Assembly (NCBI GenBank): GCA_000996245.1
Contig: LBYP01000005.1
Coordinates: 10,305-74,304 of the forward strand
Source: Parcubacteria group bacterium GW2011_GWA2_40_23
Lineage (GTDB): Bacteria > Patescibacteriota > Patescibacteriia > UBA11705 > JABHMO01
Length of the DNA: 64,000 nucleotides
Direction of reading: 5' to 3'
The notes beneath the pieces are model-generated. The model saw only the letters and a program-made list of their open reading frames with translations, had not been told where the DNA came from and ran no database searches. Shown here one piece after another: positions 49,817 to 60,250 of this stretch (its first letter is position 1; every line of letters starts with the position of its first letter). The position numbers were made by a program, and so were the translations under genes.

Positions 49817-51349
49817 ATGAACTCTATTTCACAAAACCTAGGTTATTGGCTTCTCGCTGTTTATGGTATTTTTATGGTAGTTATTACGTACTTCTTTGCT
49901 CGCTGGAAAAAGTACCGTTCCATTCAAGGTTTTTTAGTGGCAGGTCGTAATGTTAAGTGGTGGTTGGGTGCAACAAGTATTGCTGCTTCATGGATCTGGG
50001 CACCAGCATTATTTGTATCCGTACAAGTTTCCTATCAACAAGGCTTACCTGGAATTTTCTGGTTTACCTTTCCCAATATAATTGCTTTATTGCTTTTTAT
50101 TTGGTTAGCACCAAAAATTCGCGCTAAGATGCCTTATGGTTATACTCTGCCACAATATATCAAGGAACGTTTACAAAGCGATAAAGTACATAAGATCTAT
50201 TTGTTCCCTTACTTTTTTTATCAATTGATGGCTGTGGCTGTTCAATTATTTGCTGGTGGCGGTCTAATTTCACTTTTGACAGGAATTCCATTTGTAACAG
50301 CGATGATCATTATGTCAGTTATCGTTTTGATATATTCATTCATTTCTGGTCTTGAATCTTCTATAGTCACTGATTTTATTCAATTCCTGTTAATTGTCAT
50401 TGGTGTAGCCATTGTTGTGCCATGGACAATTATGTCTGCTGGTGGTTGGAGCACTATTAGCGCTGGATTAGGTGGTGTCAGTGGTCATTTCAGAAACATC
50501 TTTGATCCTGGCGTGGCTTTCTCGTTTGGCATTGTAACTGCCATTGGTCTTATTTCTGGAGCAATATCTGATCAGCAGTATTGGCAACGAGCCTTTGCTA
50601 TTAAAAAAGAAAATCTGGTGAAATCTTTCGTGTTTGGTGCCATTATGTTCGGTATAGTTCCGATTGCACTCTCAAGTCTTGGTTTTTTGGCTGCTAATAC
50701 AGGGTTAGGAATTTCTTTACCAGCAGGAGTAGATGTATCGATGATTGGTATTGCTACTGTCAGCCATTATTTACCGGTTGGTGCTATTGCTTTGTTCGTA
50801 ATTATGCTTTTGAGTGCCTTATTTTCTACTCTTGATTCTGGTCTTAATGCAGCGAGTTCACTTTTTGTAACTGATGTTGTGAAATATACAGACAAAGAAA
50901 AAGCTGTCTTAAGAAAAACAGAGGAAGATCAAGTTTTAAATTCTGATGAAGAAAAAATTCAAAAACATTTGGATGATAGGGGTGTGCGCAATTCACGCTG
51001 GGCCATGTTTGGAATTACGGCTCTTGGTTTTGCAGTGGCTTTAGCAGCAAATTATATTCCCGGTTTTGGCTTGAAGCATTTATGATGGATCTTTAATACC
51101 ATTGCCGCTTGTGTAGTTGTGCCGACTGTCCTCAGTTTGTATTGGAAGAGGTTAGATGCTAAAGGCGTATTTTGGGGTGTGTTAACATCTTTTGTTATCG
51201 GCGTACCGCTCTTCATTTATGGGAATATCGTTGATAAGCCGGTTTGGATAGTCGGGGCTTCACTCTTCATTGTCGCTGTGAGTACAATTATTTGTTTGAT
51301 TTTTCCCAAGAAAGTTAACGCAAGTTCGTTCTACTACGATATAGAGTAG
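49817..51349 (+). pseudogene. sodium:solute symporter (SSS) gene interrupted by a single in-frame TGA at 51083..51085
   Basis: ORFs 49817..51085 and 51119..51349 are in the same frame; the sequence reads GFGLKHL[TGA]WIFNTIAACVVVPTVL without a break. Confidence 0.55.
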
Positions 51350-51418
51350 AGTCGATTCAAAAAATATCAGCAGTTGCTGATATTTTTTTTGGAGATAAAA
51401 TGTGATAAATGTTGGAAC

Positions 51419-51973
51419 TTATTTAACTGGGAAACCATTCATTAAATTTTGAAAATCAGTAAATTTAATGTCGGCTTGTGGAATAAATTTTGAATTATCG
51501 ACAGTCCACTTTCGACATCGATATTCAGCTGTATCTGATAAAGCTGCCTGGCTCGCATTGGCGGCTTCAAGATCAGTTCCGACCGTAGTGTCGACCTGCA
51601 TTTTTATGGCTGGGTAGGTCTTGTTGTCACTCCAAGAATACATTTGGTCATTATCAAAGATCATAGTAGATTTCATGTCCTTGTTTGACAGAGGATCCTT
51701 TACCATTGTTTCCGCCCTAAATTTTCTATTTTTTCCGTCAACATAAAAATCGCCCGAGCTTGTTACACCCTTTTCGGCCTCATAGGAGAAAGTGCAATGA
51801 AACGATTTTCCCAAGGCAATCATTTTGTCTGGGCTTGTTTTGAAGAGTTCCTCTTCTTCTGCTTTTTGTGTTTCTTGGTTTAAATTGTTGACAACATTAC
51901 TCTTTTTTTCACAACCGAGAACAATGAAAAGAAGGGGCAAAATAAGTAGCAGGAGATACAATCTTGATTTCAT
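51419..51973 (-). CDS. lipoprotein, hypothetical
   Basis: Signal peptide with lipobox LLFIVLGC. Confidence 0.55.
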   Translation of the reverse strand: MKSRLYLLLLILPLLFIVLGCEKKSNVVNNLNQETQKAEEEELFKTSPDKMIALGKSFHCTFSYEAEKGVTSSGDFYVDGKNRKFRAETMVKDPLSNKDMKSTMIFDNDQMYSWSDNKTYPAIKMQVDTTVGTDLEAANASQAALSDTAEYRCRKWTVDNSKFIPQADIKFTDFQNLMNGFPVK

Positions 51974-52129
51974 ATTTATAAAGTTAATTATCTATAAATA
52001 TTATAGCACTGAGCAATAGAATTGATTATGGGCAGTTGTGCATAATAGCTATTAAAGAAATGCAAAAAAACACCGCAAATGGTTCTTTTTCATGATCAAG
52101 AGTATTCAAGATGAAAACAATATTGTTTG

Positions 52130-52285
52130 CTATTTATAACCTTTTGCTTGAGTTTTGAACATCTGGGCATATTTGCCATTCTTTTTTAATAATTCTTGAT
52201 GCGAACCGGCTTCTATTATTCTTCCATCGTCAATGACAACAATTTTACCAGCATTACGGACGGTCGAAAACCGATGAGAAACCAT
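52130..52285 (-). pseudogene. remnant of an ABC-transporter ATPase C-terminus (51 aa fragment)
   Basis: MVSHRFSTVRNAGKIVVIDDGRIIEAGSHQELLKKNGKYAQMF matches the ABC H-loop and C-terminal tail only. Confidence 0.45.
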
Positions 52286-52390
52286 TATTAATTTGTATTT
52301 ATAGAGTTATTATATCAGGGGCTTTATCCCCCGACTAATATGCTAAAATAAAAAATACCACGCTAAAGGTGATATTGTATTTGGTTTTTG

Positions 52391-52678
52391 CTAATTTTTT
52401 GATAGAGGTTCAATTATTTTTTTTAGGATATCTTGTTTAGGAAAGCTTAAATATAAATTTTGTAAGAAAATATGTTGTTTATTCTCGGTTGTCTCTTCCC
52501 ACGGATTAAATTTTAAATGTTTCTCTAATTCAACAGCAGGATTAATAGTTTTGTTTCGCAAATCAACTTTTATACACTTAACTTCAGGTTTGGTTTCTTT
52601 TCCGATACGTTTTAAATCACCATTATTGATGATAAGTATTAAGTCTCCAAGTTTTGCAATTATATATATTTCATTCAT
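52391..52678 (-). CDS. hypothetical protein (95 aa)
   Basis: Lies immediately downstream of the disrupted gene. Confidence 0.35.
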   Translation of the reverse strand: MNEIYIIAKLGDLILIINNGDLKRIGKETKPEVKCIKVDLRNKTINPAVELEKHLKFNPWEETTENKQHIFLQNLYLSFPKQDILKKIIEPLSKN

Positions 52679-52683
52679 ATTTT

Positions 52684-53579
52684 TTAGAATTCAATCAATT
52701 GTATGGTTGATTCTGGGTGTTGTTGTTTGTAGTTATCAAGCAGTTCATGAACCGCTTCAATATCTTTTGAGCTAAGACCATTGTGAGGTGAAATATTAAT
52801 AGATTCCACGTCATCCAGTGTCAGCTGCCCATAATATTGGGCTTCTGTATATAATTCTCCCCAATTGGTGACGCTGGACCCAGTGGTGCTTTCCAAAAAC
52901 GTTTTGACTGAACCTCTAAGACCAAAACTTGTAAAGTGTGGTTTTGAAGCGGGCGTAGGTGGAAAGTTATAGTTGCCTTGTTTAAAGCCACCGATCGTTT
53001 TATTTTTATATTAATACTCCCATAACCGCTGGTGCTGGCTGGAGGTGGTATTCTTCCCTGCGGATTAATAATGCCATGTTTATCGTCGGAAAAATAACCG
53101 TAAATTGGTCTATTTTCCTTGTCTCTGTCGGGGGAATAGTCATAATTGAACATCCGATTTTCTCTTTCTGCTCTGACACTCGGATCAAGGGCACCTTGGC
53201 TGGTTCCAGTTTCAAATTGACTTTTCCAACGTCCACCAGACATCATTACTCTTTTTAGCTCATCCAGCGTCGTTGCGCGAAAGAATTCGTCTTTTCCTAC
53301 CATTTGTTCTACTTTTGTTTGCAATCTAGCTTTTAGGTCTTCAACGGAAATACCCAAATCAGCAGCGGTTTTTTCATATTGTGGTCAATTTTTTTCCTCT
53401 AGGCGTATCATATTTGCTCGAATTTTAGCAGTGATGCCAGCAGGACCATCAAGCTTCATCTCTTCATCCCAACCATTAAAATAATTAATGGTTACAATTG
53501 AGCCGAAATCTCCTTTTTCGGTTCTTGTTTCGTGTCCGTTTTGTTTTGGTTCTATCGAGACTATAACTTCATGTTTCAT
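52684..53579 (-). pseudogene. hypothetical gene disrupted by an in-frame TGA (about 53385) and a frameshift in an A/T run (about 52990)
   Basis: ORFs 53385..53579 and 52821..53357 are in the same frame (LEEKN[TGA]PQYEK); the reading frame then switches into ORF 52684..52896. Confidence 0.45.
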
Positions 53580-53637
53580 ATATGCAATTTTTTTATGAAT
53601 ACATTATATCATAAGTTCTATTTTATTATGGGGTATT

Positions 53638-53663
53638 AACAAAAAACAGCTAAAATTAGCTGT
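53638..53663 (-). terminator. rho-independent terminator ending the tRNA transcription unit
   Basis: acagcta...tagctgt with a T-run on the minus strand immediately after tRNA-Gly. Confidence 0.55.
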
Positions 53664-53670
53664 GCTTTGT

Positions 53671-53746
53671 TGGAGCGGGTAAGGGGAGTCGAACCCCTAT
53701 CTTCAGCTTGGAAAGCTGTAATAATACCGCTATACTATACCCGCCC
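53671..53746 (-). tRNA. tRNA-Gly (UCC)
   Basis: Hand-folded; anticodon loop TTTCCAA; CCA encoded. Confidence 0.8.
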
Positions 53747-53915
53747 TGTAGTACATGCTCCGCATGACTACAGGGCAAGCCCTTTATCAAGCGAAACTTT
53801 AGTACGTTTCATCGCATGACTACAGGGCAAGCCCTTTATCAAGCGAAGCTTTAGTACATTTTTCCGCGTGATTGCAGGACCAAGCCCAACGATCCGCGAA
53901 GCTGTAATTCAAGTC
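53747..53915 (-). repeat. three tandem copies of the tRNA leader element (GGGCTTGCCC + hairpin with GCGAAGC-type apex)
   Basis: Successive copies are progressively more degenerate. Confidence 0.6.
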
Positions 53916-53956
53916 CTGTTATTATACCAAGATTTATTGCTTTTTCAAGACCTGTT

Positions 53957-54967
53957 CTAATTTACTTCAATATCAATATGCTTAACCCCAGGGAATTTTT
54001 TATGCAGTTTTTGCTCAAGTTCATCAATTCTTCGGCCCATTAGGCGAGCCATCTGGTCACTATAGTCAACACAGAAGCGTAAGAACTCATCATAGTTGTT
54101 ATTGATTATCTCAAACTCTTCATGCAAATCTCCGTCTTTAATAATATCCTTCAATAAGGAATAGCCATTAAATTCAATTTCGCATTTGACGCGATAAATT
54201 CCATAATCTAAAACTATTGATTTAAAGTCGAGTACTTTTTCGATCCCAGGATCAGCTTCTAGCGTTTCAATAATTTCATTGCGCATATCTTCGGGCATGG
54301 CTTTGCCAATTAGAAATTCCCGATTCTTATTTATTAAGAAAAGAGCCATAATGCCCAGCATGACACCGATGACAATTGAACCGATTGCATCGAAAAAATA
54401 TAAGCCAGTAAAATGAGTCAAAAGAATACTCACAAACGCAACTATAGTGCCAAGGATCGCAAGCCCGTCTTCATATAAAACCGCCAAAGATGAGGGGTCG
54501 CCATCTCTTAAAATATGTTTTAAATGTTTTTGGGGATTGTGTTTTTTTAATTCATACCAAGCAATTCCGAAGGTTGAAAATTCTACAACGAAGGCAATGA
54601 GCAACACTAAGTAAGTCAGAAAGCCGGTGTGAATTGCACGCTCATGGACCAAAGCCATGATACCACTATATACGGTGACACCGGAACCAATAAAGAAAAC
54701 GCCGCAAGCTGAAATTAAAGCTCATAAAAATCGTTCTCGTCCGTACCCATAAATAAAAGATTCACTCGGTTTTTTGACCGAGCGTTTAATTCCAATAAAA
54801 AGTAAAATTTGATTTGAAGAATCGGCCAAGCTGTGAATCGCTTCAGAAAACATGGTTGCTGAGCCGGAGATGAAGGCACTAATGAATTTCAAAGTCATTA
54901 CTACGAGGTTGCCCAAAAGGGCAGCAACAACAGGCAGGTAGCCTACAGACTTTTGTGTATTTATCAT
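53957..54967 (-). pseudogene. cation diffusion facilitator (CDF) transporter gene interrupted by an in-frame TGA (about 54722)
   Basis: ORFs 54722..54967 and 53957..54658 are in the same frame: GYGRERFL[TGA]ALISACGVFFIG; the HSLAD motif is present. Confidence 0.55.
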
Positions 54968-54981
54968 TTTGTAAAATTTGT

Positions 54982-55058
54982 TGGTGGGTCCGCTGGGATT
55001 TGAACCCAGGACGCCCAGCTTAAAAGGCTGGCGCTCTAACCAACTGAGCTACGAACCC
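54982..55058 (-). tRNA. tRNA-Lys (UUU)
   Basis: Anticodon loop CTTTTAA; GGGTTCGTAGCTCAGTTGG. Confidence 0.85.
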
Positions 55059-55546
55059 TAAAGTACATGCTTCGCATGACTTTAGGGCAAGCCCTAGAAT
55101 CAAACGAAGTTGTTATTGGTTGTTCTTCCTAAAGTATGATCTTAACATTAATCTAATTGCTCTTTTACCGTCCGTTGTTTTGAAATAAGCCTCTCTTCTT
55201 AGGGCATCATCACGACTTAGATGTGCCTCGTAATAAATAACATTCCAAGGGCCTCGATTTTTTGTTGATGGGACAAGGCCTGCATTGTGCTTTAATGATC
55301 TGTGATAAACATCATCTGGAGTAAAGCCAGCATAAAGGTTTTTAGTTTTTTGACCTTCTAAAACATACGTATAATACATATGTTTTAAGAATAATACCAG
55401 CTATTGCAAAGAACAAATCTAGGGGGGGGTATCACTGGGCGGTTCACCCTGAAGTATAAATTTCATTTAACCTCATGGCTAGCCATGAAGTTACGTGATA
55501 ATCATGTCTGGTTTACCATAAAGTCATGTGATTAGCATGTACTTTA

Positions 55547-55623
55547 TGGTCGGGGTGGTGGGACTCGAACCCACGGCCTCTTGGTCCCAAACCAAGCACT
55601 CTAGCCAACTGAGCCACACCCCG
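55547..55623 (-). tRNA. tRNA-Pro (UGG)
   Basis: Anticodon loop TTTGGGA. Confidence 0.85.
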
Positions 55624-55724
55624 AAGTACAGGCTTCGCCTGACTTCGGGGTAAACCCCGCATCAAGCAAAGCTAGATTTTACAATGAATGGCTTGCCACA
55701 AACTGACACGGAGTGTCTAATTTG

Positions 55725-55800
55725 TGGTGCCGAGCCCCAGAATTGAACTGGGGACGCAAGGATTTTCAGTCCTTCGCTCTACCACTGAGCTAGCTCGGCC
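55725..55800 (-). tRNA. tRNA-Phe (GAA)
   Basis: Anticodon loop CTGAAAA. Confidence 0.85.
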
Positions 55801-55958
55801 CGGTAGTACATGCTTCGCATGACTACCGGGCAAGCCCTGTAATAAAGCGAAGTTTAGTACGTTTTTTCGCATGACTGCAGTGTAACCTCAGCAATCAAGC
55901 GAAGTAACAGTATTATGATGGATGGCTTGCCATGAAGTCACACGTAGTATGTACTTCA

Positions 55959-56036
55959 TGGTGGGCGCGGGGGGAATCGAACCTCCGACCTCAGCATTAT
56001 CAGTGCTGCGCTCTAACCAACTGAGCTACGCGCCCC
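55959..56036 (-). tRNA. tRNA-Ile (GAU)
   Basis: Anticodon loop CTGATAA. Confidence 0.85.
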
Positions 56037-56136
56037 GAAGTACAAGCTTCGCTTGACTTCGGGGCAAGCCCTTCAGCAAGGAAGCAGTTATCAATAAATG
56101 GCTTGCCATAAAGTCATGCGATTAGCATGTACTTTA

Positions 56137-56213
56137 TGGTGGGTGGCATAGGATTCGAACCTACGACCCCTTCGGTGTAAACGAAGTGCTCTAACCAGCT
56201 GAGCTAGCCACCC
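56137..56213 (-). tRNA. tRNA-Val (UAC)
   Basis: Anticodon loop TTTACAC. Confidence 0.85.
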
Positions 56214-56594
56214 AGAAGTACAGGCTTTGCCTGACTTCTGGGTAAACCCATAGTCAAACAAAGTTTTTGTACATGGTTCGTCTGACTTCTGGCTTGCCCT
56301 GTGGCGCAATGCCACGGGGGTAAACCCATAATCAAGCGTAGAGTAATAAACAAAACTTAGCTTAGCTAACTAAGCCATCGTGCGCTCAGTATAGCAGGAA
56401 TCTATAGCTATTTCAAGTTATTTTACTTTTAAATAACAGCAAAAGTATAGCAAAAAAAAAGAGACTAATCAATAGTCCTTTTTTTGTTAACTTCAGAATA
56501 GTGGTACGAATCATTTGTCTCCTGCATAGAGAATAAAATACAAGAGCAGGATCGACCTAAGACGATACAGATAAACTGTTCGTCATAGCCCCTT

Positions 56595-58066
56595 AGAAAG
56601 GAGTTGTTTCCATCCACAGCTTCCGCTACGGATGCCTTGTTACGACTTAGCCCCTATCATCGGTCCTACCTTCTGCCGTCCTACAACGACATTCGGGCAT
56701 TACCGACTCTCTTGACTTGACGGGCGGTGTGTACAAGACTCGAGAACGTATTCACCGTGACGTGCTGATCCACGGTTACTAGCGATTCCAGCTTCATGAG
56801 GTCGAGTTTCAGACCTCAATCCGAACTGAGACCAATTTTGGTGGGATTTGCTCCATCTTACGATTTGGCGTCCCTTTGTATTGGCCATTGTAGCATGTGT
56901 GTTGCCCAAGGTGTAAGAGCCATGCTGATTTGACGTCATCCCCACCTTCCTCCTTGTTATACAAGGCAGTTTTCTAATAAAGTATAAATTAGAATGAGGG
57001 TTGCGCTCGTTATCGGACTTAACCGTACACCTCACGGCACGAGCTGACGGCAACCATGCAGCACCTGTCTAGCACCCTCGTAGGCGGCCCTAGTTTCTTA
57101 GGGCTTGCAGCTAGATTTCAAACCTTGGTAAGGTTTTTCGCTTATCGTCGAATTAAACCACGTGCTCCACCGCTTGTGCGAGTCCCCGTCAATTCCTTTG
57201 AGTTTTAATCTTGCGATCGTACTCCCCAGGCGGGATATTTAACGCGTTAGCTTTTTGTGACGACACTGAGAGGGTCGATACTCCCAATGTCTAATATCCA
57301 TAGTTTACGGCGTGGACTACGCGGGTATCTAATCCGCTTCGCTCCCCACGCTTTCGTGCCTTAGTGTCAGTATTGTCCTAGTAAGCTGCCTTCGCATTTG
57401 GTGTTCCTGCCGATATTAACGGATTTAACCCCTACACCGGCAATTCCGCTTACCTCTTCCAAACTCAAGTCTAACAGTATCAGTGGCGATTCCCCGGTTG
57501 AGCCGAAGGATTTAACCACTGACTTAATAGACCACCTACGCACGCTTTACGCCCAATAAATCCGGGTAACGCTTGGGGCACTCGTATTACCGCTGCTGCT
57601 GGCACGAGTTTAGCAGCCCCTTATTCTTCTGGTACAGTCATTAGTTCTTCCCAGAAAAAAGATTTTTACACCCCGAAGGGTTTCATCAACCACGCGGCGT
57701 CGCTCCTTCACACTTTCGTGCATTGAGGAAAATTCTCGACTGCAGCCTCCCGTAGGAGTCTGGGCAGTGTCTCAGTCCCAGTGAGGCGGGTCGTGCTCTC
57801 ACACCCGCTACCCGTCGTAGCCTTGGTAAGCTTTTACCTTACCAACTAGCTGATAGGCCATAGGCCACTCTCTGACCGATAAATCTTTACTGCACCGACT
57901 CATGCCAGTGCAGACCATCGTGTATTAGCTCAGATTTCTCCGAGTTGTTCACGAGTCAGAGGTATGTTACCAATGTGTTACTCACCCGTTTGCCACTCCT
58001 ATTCTATCCGAAGAAGGAATAGGCGTTCGACTTGCATGCCTTAGACACTGGTGATAGCAAATCTAC
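56595..58066 (-). rRNA. 16S ribosomal RNA
   Basis: Reverse-complement contains GTGCCAGCAGCCGCGGTAATAC and AAGTCGTAACAAGG...CTCCTTTCT. 3' end carries anti-SD ACUCCUU; 5' region about 25 nt shorter than the E. coli layout; ends approximate. Confidence 0.85.
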
Positions 58067-58134
58067 CTTTAAAATCATTGAATTGACAAATGATTCCTTA
58101 CCACTATTCTGATGTCAACGATCATGTGGTTAAA

Positions 58135-58163
58135 AGTATAGGGGATTTTTTCAATCCTGTCAA
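58135..58163 (-). promoter_or_regulatory. candidate rRNA promoter (TTGACA-17-TATACT)
   Basis: About 70 nt upstream of the 16S 5' end on the minus strand; the spacer contains the palindrome ggattgaaaaaatcc. Confidence 0.45.
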
Positions 58164-58236
58164 ATCCTCTCTGAGGATAGCCGAAAAATTGTCATTTTGC
58201 TGAAAATTAGCTAAAATAGACAGATAATAGCCATAT

Positions 58237-59118
58237 ATGTTCGAACTCAAAAATTTGATCCAAAAAGACAAGCCGCCAGCTCAAATTGAGGCTGAAAAAG
58301 CTAATCCGGAAATTAAGGCAGAATACCACAAGCAGGTAATGGAAGTGATACTCGAGCGAGCCGAAAAGATCCTCTGGGAAAATCCAAATGCTGGTTGGCC
58401 TGATTTAGTTCAGCAAATTCTCGAAGCAGCGATCGAGGTCGGTGCAAAGCCAAGTGCAGTTCAACGTAAATGGGTCGAGGAAACCGTTCAGCAATGGATT
58501 GATGATGTGGGGAAGGAAATAACTGTGATAGAAGCTTTGGCAGATGAAGCTTTTAACGCCAATGTTTATCCGTCTGGTCCAAACGATAAAGCTTGGGATG
58601 ACGAAAAAGCGAAAGAGCAACAACGTTTCGATGATAACCAGGAACCCTGGTTGTTGTTTGAGACTGATAGATGGATTCAGCAAGCCTTGTTACATAAATT
58701 ACCAACAATTAGTAAGGAGCCGAAAGACTTTGTTTTCCGTTCTGACCATCCGCCGATGATTGTGATTCAGTGTTTGGAGAAGTCAGATTATGAGGCTCTT
58801 TATAAATTTAAGAGTGTCGATAATGATCGTTGGAAATCAACTGATGGGTTTGTCCCAATGGATTCTCTTCTTCTGGATTCAACGCACCCGATTTATAGTA
58901 ATTTAAAAGGGTGTATTACCATTGTTCGATCTGCAAGCGAAGACACTAAACTACATGAGGAACAGCATCTTTTTTATGAACGTTATGTTGAGACTAAAAA
59001 AACAAATAATTTACGAGCCCTTGATGAACTAGCTGCATATTTAAAAGAGGGTCGCTATGATTTCACAACCAAAGGAATTTTTAGTCATATTTCTGAGGAG
59101 TCAGTGGTGGGTCTTTAA
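58237..59118 (+). CDS. hypothetical protein (293 aa)
   Basis: Acidic ORF. Confidence 0.5.
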   Translation: MFELKNLIQKDKPPAQIEAEKANPEIKAEYHKQVMEVILERAEKILWENPNAGWPDLVQQILEAAIEVGAKPSAVQRKWVEETVQQWIDDVGKEITVIEALADEAFNANVYPSGPNDKAWDDEKAKEQQRFDDNQEPWLLFETDRWIQQALLHKLPTISKEPKDFVFRSDHPPMIVIQCLEKSDYEALYKFKSVDNDRWKSTDGFVPMDSLLLDSTHPIYSNLKGCITIVRSASEDTKLHEEQHLFYERYVETKKTNNLRALDELAAYLKEGRYDFTTKGIFSHISEESVVGL

Positions 59119-59169
59119 AAACAAATTTATGATCCAGATTGGCAGCAAGTAGTAAATCAAATTTTACGT

Positions 59170-60204
59170 TTGAAATATTTTGGCATCCCAGCTGAATCAT
59201 TATGGTCTCGGGTTGCGGCCTGTGAGGATCTAAAAGAATTGGCCCGACGTTTAGAAAAAGTAGAAGTGGATCCAACGCACTTTGATTTTGATGTAGCAAC
59301 TCAAAATGGAAGCTCTCTGACTTGGGTGCTTGAAAATTATAGAATGTTACCCGAGGCAGTTCATGAGAAAATAAAGCCGAAGGAAGCTGAGGAACAAGTG
59401 AAGCAGGATTTTGATTTTTTACAGCTAGCTGAAATGAATGATGCCCTGGATGCCATGGATAAGAATGAAAATGCATTGTCATCATTTGGTTATGATTTAG
59501 GTTTATTGACAAATATTTGGCGTAAAATAGTTGACGAAGCTTATGCTCTTGTTGAGGCCTTTCCTGAGCTGAAAGAGAAGGAGTGGGGAAGAAAATCATT
59601 TGCAAATCCGGATCAAAAAGTATCAGTTATTGATAGTGATTTATTGATAAGATTGAGAACTGCAGCTGATTATTTTAGTACTATTATGCCTCCAGTTCCC
59701 TTGCCTGAATTTTTAGGTACTGATACCTGGGGAGAAACAATAACCAAAATGGAAGAATTTAGAGACAAGCTTGACTGGGCTTCTTCTACCCAAGACAAGA
59801 TTAATCAATTAGAATGGTCTTTCCGTGCTTCTCAAAATAAAATCCCTCGGTTAATTGAAAAACATTTTGGTGTTAAGGGTTTTAACAAAATCTCTTTTAG
59901 CGAAGCAGCTTCTTTGATAGAGGAGCTTATTTCTGCAATCAGGTGGAGAACCGCGGAAACAGAAAACATGAAAAGAGTTTCTGGGGTTTTGGAAGAACAG
60001 ATGAAGAGCGACTGGGACGATGAAGGTGAAATATTTAATGATAGTCAAGATTCATCTTTGATGGATCCGTTTGAAGCTCATCAATATTTTAAAGAAGAGT
60101 TGGCTAAACAACAGCAATATTTGGCCGAGCATTATCCTGAATCATTGTTAAATAATCCTGATGAATTGGCGGCAATTGTGGCTGCAAGATTCCCAAATAA
60201 TTAA
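59170..60204 (+). CDS. hypothetical protein (344 aa)
   Basis: Acidic ORF. Confidence 0.5.
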   Translation: MKYFGIPAESLWSRVAACEDLKELARRLEKVEVDPTHFDFDVATQNGSSLTWVLENYRMLPEAVHEKIKPKEAEEQVKQDFDFLQLAEMNDALDAMDKNENALSSFGYDLGLLTNIWRKIVDEAYALVEAFPELKEKEWGRKSFANPDQKVSVIDSDLLIRLRTAADYFSTIMPPVPLPEFLGTDTWGETITKMEEFRDKLDWASSTQDKINQLEWSFRASQNKIPRLIEKHFGVKGFNKISFSEAASLIEELISAIRWRTAETENMKRVSGVLEEQMKSDWDDEGEIFNDSQDSSLMDPFEAHQYFKEELAKQQQYLAEHYPESLLNNPDELAAIVAARFPNN

Positions 60205-60250
60205 TATCTTTAGTTATAAAAAGTTCCCCATGCTGGGGAACTTTTTTAGT

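Larger units (their letters stand above)
55059..56136 (-). repeat. inter-tRNA leader/trailer hairpin repeat family
   Basis: About 10 copies of AGTCATGCGAAGCATGTACT-type (leader) and AGTACATGCTAATCGCATGACT-type (trailer) hairpins, with GGGCTTGCCC / GGCAAGCCATT flanks. Confidence 0.65.

Noticed and set aside
53747-56136. Regularly spaced repeats that might be a CRISPR array
   Set aside because: The repeats are imperfect, of variable length, and each unit contains a tRNA gene. There is no constant repeat/unique spacer pattern and there are no cas genes, so they are tRNA-flanking hairpin elements.
56700-57053. 117-aa ORF
   Set aside because: It lies entirely within the 16S rRNA gene.
3023-60068. 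BamHI sites (GGATCC), including one right after the ATG of the vWA gene, as evidence of cloning
   Set aside because: There are only six sites in 64 kb, within chance expectation, so they are not diagnostic.
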